Below, in pieces: positions 24,385 through 34,014 of a stretch of 34,014 nt of DNA. Source of the DNA: Utricularia gibba (lineage: Eukaryota > Plantae > Magnoliophyta); the NCBI GenBank assembly GCA_002189035.1, contig NEEC01000150.1:1-34014 (forward strand), written 5' to 3'. The stretch's first letter is position 1; each line of letters begins with the position of its first letter. Position numbers and translations under genes: made by a program. The notes beneath the pieces are model-generated. The model did not search any database. It was not told the DNA's origin and worked only from the letters and a program-made list of their open reading frames with translations.

Positions 24385-27300
24385 TTGAGAAGGCGGTCTT
24401 TGGGTGCACCTGGAACGGGACAAAGGTAAGGTTTGGCTTGCCGAGAGTTAGTTGTAGTCCGGCAAATAAAGGATGTATTTATTATCGTTCGGTTTTCGGG
24501 GCTGCCTACATGGTTTTTCAAGGAACAGTCTTGGGAACTTGGTCCTTGACCCCGATTCTGTATGGCTCATGAGGTCAACTGGATGCAAATCGATTAAAAA
24601 AAATGATGCATTTGTTTAAATTATGATGTCACGTGCACCCCACATGATTTTTTTCAACAACTTACTTTATACTTGAGAGGCGGTCTTTGGGTGCACTTGG
24701 AACCGGAAAAAGATCAGCTTAGGCCTTGGCCCAAAGTAAGTTGTAGCCCGGCAAAGAAAGTGATGTATTTATTAACGTTCGGTTTTCGTGTTGCCTACAT
24801 GGTTTTTCAAGGAACAGCTTCTCGTTTTGTGGCGGCCAGTCTCGCTAGGAACTTGGTCCGGCCCGCGATTCTTTATGGCTCATGAGGACAAAAGGATGCA
24901 AATCGATGAATACAATGTTGCATTTGTTTAAATTGCGATATCACGTGCACCCCACATGATTTTTTCAACAACTTACTTTATACTTGAGCAGGCGGTCTTT
25001 GGGTGCACTGGAACGGGACAAAGGTGGTTTGGCTTGCCGAAGTTAGTTGTAGTCCGGCAAATAAAGTGATGTATTTATTATCGTTCGGTTTTCGGGGGCT
25101 GCCTACATGGTTTTTCAAGGAACCGCTTCTCGTTTTGTGGCGGCCAGTCTCGCTGGGAACTTGGTCCTTGACCCCGATTCTGTATGGCTCATGAGGTCAA
25201 CTGGATGCAAATCGATTAAAAAAAATGATGCATTTGTTTAAATTACGATGTCACGTGCACCCCACATGATTTTTTCAACAACTTACTTTATACTTGAGGA
25301 ACTTGGAACCGGAAAAAGGTCAGCTTAGGCCTTGGCCCAAAGTAGTTGTAGCCCGGCAAAGAAAGTGATGTATTTATTAACCGGTTTTCGGTGTTGCCTA
25401 CATGGTTTTTCAAGGAACAGCTTCTCGTTTTGGCGGCCAGTCTCGCTAGGAACTTGGTCCGGGCCCGCGATTCTTTATGGCTCATGAGGACAAAAGGATG
25501 CAAATCGATGAATACAATGTTGCATTTGTTTAAATTGCGATATCACGTGCACCCCACATGATTTTTTCAACAACTTACTTTATACTTGAGGAGGCGGTCT
25601 TGGGTGCACCTGGAACGGACAAAGGTAAGTTTGGCTTGCCCGAGAGTTAGTTGTAGTCCGGCAAATAAAGTGAATTTATTATCGTTCGGTTTTCGGGGGC
25701 TGCCTACATGGTTTTTCAAGGAACCGCTTCTCGTTTTGTGGCGGCCAGTCTCGCTGGGAACTTGGTCCTTGACCCCGATTCTGTATGGCTCATGAGGTCA
25801 ACTGGATGCAAATCGATTAAAAAAAATGATGCATTTGTTTAAATTACGATGTCACGTGCACCCCACATGATTTTTTAACAACTTACTTTATACATGAGAG
25901 GCGGTCTTTGGGGCACTACCGGAAAAAGTCAGCTTATTGGCCCAAAGTAAGTTGTAGCCCGGCAAAGAAAGTGATGTATTTATTAACGTTCGGTTTTCGG
26001 TGTTGCCTACATGGTTTTTCAAGGAACAGCTTCTTTTTGTGGCGGCCAGTCTTAGGAACTTGGTCCGGGCCCGCGAATGGCTCATGAGGACAAAAAGGAT
26101 GCAAATCGATGAATACAATGTTGCATTTGTTTAAATTGCGATATCACGTGCACCCCACATGATTTTTTCAACAACTTACTTTATACTTGAGAGGCGGTCT
26201 TTGGGTGCCTGGAACGGGACAAAGGTAAGGTTTGGCTTGCACCGAGAGTTAGTTGTAGTCCGGCAAATAAAGTGATGTATTTATTATCGTTCGGTTTTCG
26301 GGGCTGCTACATGGTTTTTCAAGGAACCGCTTCTCGTTTTGTGGCGGCCAGTCTCGCTGGGAACTTGGTCCTTGACCCCGATTCTGTATGGCTCATGAGG
26401 TCAACTGGATTCGATTAAAAAAATGATGCATTTGTTTAAATTACGATGTCACGTGCACCCCACATGATTTTTTTCAACAACTTACTTTATACTTGAGAAG
26501 GCGGTCTTGGGTGCACTTGGAACCGGAAAAAGTCAGCTTAGGCCTTGGCCCAAAGTAAGTTGTAGCCCGGCAAAGAAAGTGATGTATTTATTAACGTTCG
26601 GTTTTCGTGTTGGCGGCCAGTCTCGCTAGGAACTTGGTCCGGGCCCGCGATTCTTTATGGCTCATGAGGACAAAAGGATGCAAATCGATGAATACAATGT
26701 TGCATTTGTTTAAATTGCGATATCACGTGCACCCCACATGATTTTTTCAACAACTTACATACTTGAGAGGCGGTTTTGGGTGCACCTGGAACGGGACAAA
26801 GGTAAGTTTGGCTTGCCCGAGAGTTAGTTGTAGTCCGGCAAATAAAGTGATGTATTTATTATCGTTCGGTTTTCGGGGGCTGCCTACATGGTTTTTCAAG
26901 GAACCGCTTCTCGTTTTGTGGCGGCCAGTCTCGCTGGGAACTTGGTCCTTGACCCCGATTCTGTATGGCTCATGAGGTCAAATGCAAATCGATTGATGCA
27001 TTTGTTTAAATTATGATGTCACGTGCACCCCACATATTTTTTTCAACAACATACTTTATACATGAGAAGGCGGTCTTTGGGGCACTTGGAACCGGAAAAA
27101 GTCAGCTTAGGCCTTGGCCCAAAGTAAGTTGTAGCCCGGCAAAGAAAGTGATGTATTTATTAACGTTCGGTTTTCGGTGTTGCCTACATGGTTTTTCAAG
27201 GAACAGCTTCTCGTTTTGTGGCGGCCACTCGCTAGGAACTTGGTCCGGGCCCGCGATTCTTTATGGCTCATGAGGACAAAAGGATGCAAATCGATGAATA

Positions 27301-30300
27301 CAATGTTGCATTTGTTTAAATTGCGATATCACGTGCACCCCACATGATTTTTTCAACAACTTACTTTATACTTGAGCAGGCGGTCTTTGGGTGCACCTGG
27401 AACGGGACAAAGGTAAGGTTTGGCTTGCACGAGAGTTAGTTGTAGTCCGGCAAATAAAGTGATGTATTTATTATCGTTCGGTTTTCGGGGGCTGCCTACA
27501 TGGTTTTTCAAGGAACCGCTTCTCGTTTTTGGCGGCCAGTCTCGCTGGGAACTTGGTCCTTGATTCTGTATGGCTCATGAGGTCAACTGGATGCAAATCG
27601 ATTAAAAAAAATGATGCATTTGTTTAAATTATGATGTCACGTGCACCCCACATGATTTTTTTAACAACATACTTTATACATGAGGAGGCGGTCTTGGGGC
27701 ACTTGGAACCGGAAAAAGGTCAGCTTAGGCCTTGGCCCAAAGTAAGTTGTAGCCCGGCAAAGAAAGTGATGTATTTATTAACGTTCGGTTTTCGGTGTTG
27801 CCTACATGGTTTTTCAAGGAACAGCTTCTCGTTTTGGCGGCCAGTCTCGCTAGGAACTTGGTCCGGGCCCGCGATTCTTTATGGCTCATGAGACAAAAGG
27901 CGGTCTTTGGGCGATATCACGTGCACCCCACATGATTTTTTCAACAACTTACTTTATACTTGAGGAGGCGGTCTTGGTGCACTTGGAACGGAAAAGTTTG
28001 GCTTGCCCAAAGTTAGTTGTAGTCGGCAAATAAAGTGATGTATTTATTATCGTTCGGTTTTCGGGGGCTGCCTACATGGTTTTTCAAGGAACCGCTTCTC
28101 GTTTTGTGGCGGCCAAACTTGGTCCTTGACCCCGATTCTGTATGGCTCATGAGGTCCTGGATGCAAATCGGATGCAAAGATGTCACGTGCACCCCACATG
28201 TTTTTTTAACAACTTACTTTATACTTGAGGCGGTCTTGGGGCACTTGGAACCGGAAAAAGGTCAGCTTAGGCCTTGGCCCAAAGTAAGTTGTAGCCCGGC
28301 AAAGAAAGTGATGTATTTATTAACGTTCGGTTTTCGGTGTTGCCTACATGTTTTTCAAGGAACAGCTTCTCGTTTTGTGGCGGCCAGTCTCGCTAGGAAC
28401 TTGGTCCGGGCCCGCGATTCTTTATGGCTTGAGGACAAAAGGATGCAAATCGATGAATACAATGTTGCATTTGTTTAAATTGCGATATCACGTGCACCCC
28501 AGTTTTTTCAACAACTTACTTTATACTTGAGCAGGCGGTAGGAACCGGAAAAAGTTTGGCTTGCCGGTTGTAGTCCGGCAAATAAAGTGATGTATTTATT
28601 ATCGTTCGGTTTTCGGGGGCTGCCTACATGGTTTTTCAAGGAACCGCTTCTCGTTTTGTGGCGGCCAGTCTCGCTGGGAACTTGGTCCTTGATTCTGTAT
28701 GGCTCATGAGGTCAACTGGATGCAAATCGATTAAAAAAAATGATGCATTTGTTTAAATTACGATGTCACGTGCACCCCACATGATTTTTTTAACAACATA
28801 CTTTATACATGAGGAGGCGGTCTTGGGGCATTGGAACCGGAAAAAGTCAGCTTAGGCCTTGGCCCAAAGTAAGTTGTAGCCGGCAAAAAAGTGATGTATT
28901 TATTAACGTTCGGTTTTCGGTGTTGCCTACATGGTTTTTCAAGGAACAGCTTCTCGTTTTGTGGCGGCCAGTCTCGCTAGGAACTTGGTCCGGGCCCGCG
29001 ATTCTTTATGGCTCATGAGGACAAAGGATGCAAATCGATGAATACAATGTTGCATTTGTTTAAATTGCGATATCACGTGCACCCCACATGATTTTTTCAA
29101 CAACTTACTTTATACTTGAGGAGGCGGTCTTGGGTGCACTGGAACGGAAAAAGATTGGCTTGCCCAGTAGTTGTAGTCCGGCAAATAAAGTGATGTATTT
29201 ATTATCGTTCGGTTTTCGGGGGCTGCCTACATGGTTTTTCAAGGAACCGCTTCTCGTTTTGTGGCGGCCAGTCTCGCTGGGAACTTGGTCCTTGACCCCG
29301 ATTCTGTATGGCTCATGAGGTCAACTGGATGCAAATCGATTAAAAAAAATGATGCATTTGTTTAAATTACGATGTCACGTGCACCCCACATGATTTTTTT
29401 CAACAACTTACTTTATACATGAGAGGCGGTCTTTGGGGGGGCACTTGGAACCGGAAAAAGGTCAGCTTAGGCCTTGGCCCAAAGTAAGTTGTAGCCCGGC
29501 AAAGAAAGTGATGTATTTATTAACGTTCGGTTTTCGGTGTTGCCTACATGGTTTTTCAAGGAACAGCTTCTCGTTTTGTGGCGGCCAGTCTCGCTAGGAA
29601 CTTGGTCCGGCCCGCGATTCTTTATGGCTCATGAGGACAAAAGGATGCAAATCGATGAATACAATGTTGCATTTGTTTAAATTGCGATATCACGTGCACC
29701 CCACATGATTTTTTCAACAACTTACTTTATACTTGAGCAGGCGGTCTTTGGGGCACCTTGGAACGGAAAAAGTAAGTTTGGCTTGCCCAGTTAGTTGTAG
29801 TCCGGCAAATAAAGTGATGTATTTATTATCGTTCGGTTTTCGGGGGCTGCCTACATGGTTTTTCAAGGAACCGCTTCTCGTTTTGTGGCGGCCAGTCTCG
29901 CTGGGAACTTGGTCCTTGACCCCGATTCTGTATGGCTCATGAGGTCAACTGGATGCAAATCGATTAAAAAAAATGATGCATTTGTTTAAATTATGATGTC
30001 ACGTGCACCCCACATGATTTTTTTTAACAACTTACTTTATACTTGAGGAGGCGGTCTTGGGGCACTTGGAACCGGAAAAAGGTCAGCTTAGGCCTTGGCC
30101 CAAAGTAAGTTGTAGCCCGGCAAAGAAAGTGATGTATTTATTAACGTTCGGTTTTGTTGCCTACATGGTTTTTCAAGGAACAGCTTCTCGTTTTGTGGCG
30201 GCCAGTCTCGCTAGGAACTTGGTCCGGGCCCGCGATTCTTTATGGCTCATGAGGACAAAAGGATGCAAATCGATGAATACAATTGCATTTGTTTAAATTG

Positions 30301-32456
30301 CGATATCACGTGCACCCCACATGATTTTTTCAACAACTTACTTTATACTTGAGGAGGCGGTCTTGGGTGCACTGGAACGGAAAAGTAAGTTTGGCTTGCC
30401 CAAAGTAGTTGTAGTCCGGCAAATAAAGTGATGTATTTATTATCGTTCGGTTTTCGGGGCTGCCTACATGGTTTTTCAAGGAACCGCTTCTCGTTTTGTG
30501 GCGGCCAGTCTCGCTGGGAACTTGGTCCTTGACCCCGATTCTGTATGGCTCATGAGGTCAACTGGATGCAAATCGATTAAAAAAAATGATCCATTTGTTT
30601 AAATTATGATGTCACGTGCACCCCACATGTTTTTTTCAACAACTTACTTTATACTTGAGAGGCGGTCTTTGGGTGCACTTGGAACCGGAAAAAGATCAGC
30701 TTAGGCCTTGGCCCAAAGTAAGTTGTAGCCCGGCAAAGAAAGTGATGTATTTATTAACGTTCGGTTTTCGGTGTTGCCTACATTTTTTCAAGGAACAGCT
30801 TCTCGTTTTGTGGCGGCCAGTCTCGCTAGGAACTTGGTCCGGGCCCGCGATTCTTTATGGCTCATGAGGACAAAAGGATGCAAATCGATGAATACAATGT
30901 TGCATTTGTTTAAATTGCGATATCACGTGCACCCCACATGATTTTTTCAACAACTTACTTTATACTTGAGCAGGCGGTCTTTGGGTGCACCTGGAACGGG
31001 ACAAAGTAAGGTTTGGCTTGCACCGAGAGTTAGTTGTAGTCCGGCAAATAAAGTGATGTATTTATTATCGTTCGGTTTTCGGGGCTGCCTACATGGTTTT
31101 TCAAGGAACCGCTTCTCGTTTTGTGGCGGCCAGTCTCGCTGGGAACTTGGTCCTTGACCCCGATTCTGTATGGCTCATGAGGTCAACTGGATGCAAATCG
31201 ATTAAAAAAAATGATGCATTTGTTTAAATTACGATGTCACGTGCACCCCACATGATTTTTTTAACAACATACTTTATACATGAGAGGCGGTCTTGGGGGC
31301 ACTTGGAACCGGAAAAAGGTCAGCTTAGGCCTTGGCCCAAAGTAAGTTGTAGCCCGGCAAAGAAAGTGATGTATTTATTAACGTTCGGTTTTCGGTGTTG
31401 CCTACATGGTTTTTCAAGGAACAGCTTCTCGTTTTGTGGGCCAGTCTCGCTAGGAACTTGGTCCGGGCCCGCGATTCTTTATGGCTCATGAGGACAAAAG
31501 GATGCAAATCGATGAATACAATGTTGCATTTGTTTAAATTGCGATATCACGTGCACCCCACATGATTTTTTCAACAACTTACTTTATACTTGAGGAGGTC
31601 TTGGGTGCACCTGGAACGGACAAAGGTAAGGTTTGGCTTGGCCGAGAGTTAGTTGTAGTCCGGCAAATAAAGTGATGTATTTATTATCGTTCGGTTTTCG
31701 GGGCTGCCTACATGGTTTTTCAAGGAACCGCTTCTCGTTTTGTGGCGGCCAGTCTCGCTGGGAACTTGGTCCTTGACCCCGATTCTGTATGGCTCATGAG
31801 GTCAACTGGATGCAAATCGATTAAAAAAAATGATCCATTTGTTTAAATTATGATGTCACGTGCACCCACATGATTTTTTCAACAACTTACTTTATACATG
31901 AGAAGGCGGTCTTTGGGTGCACTTGGAACCGGAAAAAGATCAGCTTAGGCCTTGGCCCAAAGTAAGTTGTAGCCCGGCAAAGAAAGTGATGTATTTATTA
32001 ACGTTCGGTTTTCGGTGTTGCCTACATGGTTTTTCAAGGAACAGCTTCTCGTTTTTGGCGGCCAGTCTCGCTAGGAACTTGGTCCGGGCCCGCGATTCTT
32101 TATGGCTCATGAGGACAAAAGGATGCAAATCGATGAATACAATGTTGCATTTGTTTAAATTGCGATATCACGTGCACCCCACATGATTTTTTCAACAACT
32201 TACTTTATACTTGAGCAGGCGGTCTTTGGGTGCACCTGGAACGGGACAAAGTAAGGTTTGGCTTGCACCGAGAGTTAGTTGTAGTCCGGCAAATAAAGTG
32301 ATGTATTTATTATCGTTCGGTTTTCGGGGCTGCCTACATGGTTTTTCAAGGAACCGCTTCTCGTTTTGTGGCGGCCAGTCTCGCTGGGAACTTGGTCCTT
32401 GACCCCGATTCTGTATGGCTCATGAGGTCAACTGGATGCAAATCGATTAAAAAAAA

Positions 32457-32571
32457 TGATGCATTTGTTTAAATTACGATGTCACGTGCACCCCACATGA
32501 TTTTTTTAACAACATACTTTATACATGAGGAGGCGGTCTTGGGGGGCACTTGGAACCGGAAAAAGGTCAGC
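32457..32571. repeat. Type-2 HOR variant, B-to-A junction exemplar
   Basis: Reads gatGcatt...aattaCgat...ttttTaacaacAtactttatacAtgagGagg...gggGcac...aaaagGtcagc. Type 1 reads gatCcatt...aattaTgat...tttCaacaacTtac...atacTtgagAagg...gggTgcac...aaaagAtcagc. The same linked set appears at ~11365, ~19670, ~20823, ~28742 and ~31213. Confidence 0.75.
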
Positions 32572-34014
32572 TTAGGCCTTGGCCCAAAGTAAGTTGTAGC
32601 CCGGCAAAGAAAGTGATGTATTTATTAACGTTCGGTTTTCGGTGTTGCCTACATGGTTTTTCAAGGAACAGCTTCTCGTTTTGTGGCGGCCAGTCTCGCT
32701 AGGAACTTGGTCCGGGCCCGCGATTCTTTATGGCTCATGAGGACAAAAGGATGCAAATCGATGAATACAATGTTGCATTTGTTTAAATTGCGATATATCA
32801 CGTGCACCCCACATGATTTTTCAACAACTTACTTTTATACTTGAGAGGCGGTCTTTGGGGCACTTGGAACGGAAAAAGTCAGCTTAGGCTTGGCCAAAGT
32901 AGTTGTAGTCCGGCAAATAAAGTGATGTATTATTATCGTTCGGTTTTCGGGGGCTGCCTACATGGTTTTTCAAGGAACCGCTTCTCGTTTTGTGGCGGCC
33001 AGTCTCGCTGGAACTTGGTCCTTGACCCCGATTCTGTATGGCTCATGAGGTCAACTGGATGCAAATCGATTAAAAAAAATGATGCATTTGTTTAAATTAC
33101 GATGTCACGTGCACCCCACATGATTTTTTTAACAACATACTTTATACTTGAGGAGGCGGTCTTGGGGCACTTGGAACCGGAAAAAGATCAGCTTAGGCCT
33201 TGGCCCAAAGTAAGTTGTAGCCCGGCAAAAAAGTGATGTATTTATTTAACGTTCGGTTTTCGGTGGCCTACATGGTTTTTCAAGGAACAGCTTCTTTTTT
33301 TGGCGGCCAGTCTCGCTAGGAACTTGGTCCGGGCCCGCGATTCTTTATGGCTCATGAGGACAAAAGGATGCAAATCGATGAATACAATGTTGCATTTGTT
33401 TAAATTGCGATATCACGTGCACCCCACATGATTTTTTTCAACAACTTACTTTATACTTGAGGAGGCGGTCGGGGCACTGGAACGGTTTGGCTTGCCCAAA
33501 GAGTTGTAGTCCGGCAAATAAAGTGATGTATTTATTATCGTTCGGTTTTCGGGGCTGCCTACATGGTTTTTCAAGGAACCGCTTCTCGTTTTGTGGCGGC
33601 CAGTCTCGCTGGGAACTTGGTCCTTGACCCCGATTCTGTATGGCTCATGAGGTCAACTGGATGCAAATCGATTAAAAAAAATGATGCATTTGTTTAAATT
33701 ACGATGTCACGTGCACCCCACATGATTTTTTTAACAACATACTTTTATACATGAGAAGGCGGTCTTTGGGTGCACTTGGAACCGGAAAAAAGTCAGCTTA
33801 GGCCTTGGCCCAAAGTAAGTTGTAGCCCGGCAAAGAAAGTGATGTATTTATTAACGTTCGGTTTTCGTGTTGCCTACATGGTTTTTCAAGGAACAGCTTC
33901 TCGTTTTGTGGCGGCCAGTCTCGCTAGGAACTTGGTCCGGGCCCGCGATTCTTTATGGCTCATGAGGACAAAAGGATGCAAATCGATGAATACAATGTTG
34001 CATTTGTTTAAATT

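Larger units (their letters stand above)
1..34014. repeat. Tandem satellite array, ~630-bp higher-order repeat (B+A dimer), ~55-57 copies, single orientation
   Basis: The same sequence recurs through the whole window. Clean periods: 6173->6803 = 630 and 11764->12394 = 630, then 629, 628, 627 (visible in the ORF track). The window begins and ends inside an A subunit. No non-repeat sequence longer than a few tens of bp and no inverted copies were seen. Confidence 0.98.

Noticed and set aside
277-33095. All ORFs in the supplied track (60-147 aa; recurring MHLERDKGKV..., MHLEPEKDQL..., MVFQGTASRF...)
   Set aside because: They are translations of the satellite. Many rely on GTG/TTG starts, frames are broken by indels from copy to copy, and I recognise no domain. 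The longest (28035-28478, 24237-24572) exist only because local deletions removed stop codons.
1-34014. CRISPR-like array (constant 48-bp block separated by ~267-bp intervals)
   Set aside because: The intervening sequences are not unique spacers; they alternate between two 87%-identical versions. No cas genes or leader.
1-34014. Rolling-circle concatemer of a 630-nt circle (viroid, retrozyme, satellite RNA or eccDNA amplification)
   Set aside because: I saw no hammerhead core (CTGATGA/GAAAC) on either strand and no rod-like self-complementarity. Linked, position-specific allele sets that change along the window are not expected from one template circle. Not fully excluded without library metadata.
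1-34014. Tandem TRIM/Cassandra or other LTR array
   Set aside because: No primer-binding site (TGGTATCAGAGC-like), no polypurine tract, no TG...CA-bounded LTR/internal alternation. The two subunits are homologous over their full length.

Overview
The whole 34,014-bp window is one uninterrupted, head-to-tail satellite-type tandem array (about 45% GC by hand count). All copies lie in the same orientation, with no unique DNA, transposon, RNA gene or credible protein gene. The repeat is hierarchical. About 55-57 copies of a 630-bp higher-order repeat (HOR) each consist of two alternating subunits, B (316 bp) and A (314 bp), about 87% identical. Each subunit is in turn an old, diverged dimer of roughly 157-bp monomers (157+159+156+158 = 630). 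Two linked-allele HOR variants are present: type 1 dominates the first 11 kb and type 2 dominates after about 18 kb. Copy-to-copy noise is mostly deletions, and many fall exactly on positions that differ between variants. Several stretches are scrambled (notably about 17.5-19.3 kb and 23.1-24.3 kb). This pattern suggests a noisy long-read consensus of a collapsed, heterogeneous array, so single-copy differences should not be read literally. All listed ORFs are by-products of the repeat. It looks like eukaryotic heterochromatic or centromeric satellite DNA, but I cannot assign an organism or named family without a database search. I found no evidence of a novel gene-encoded system.
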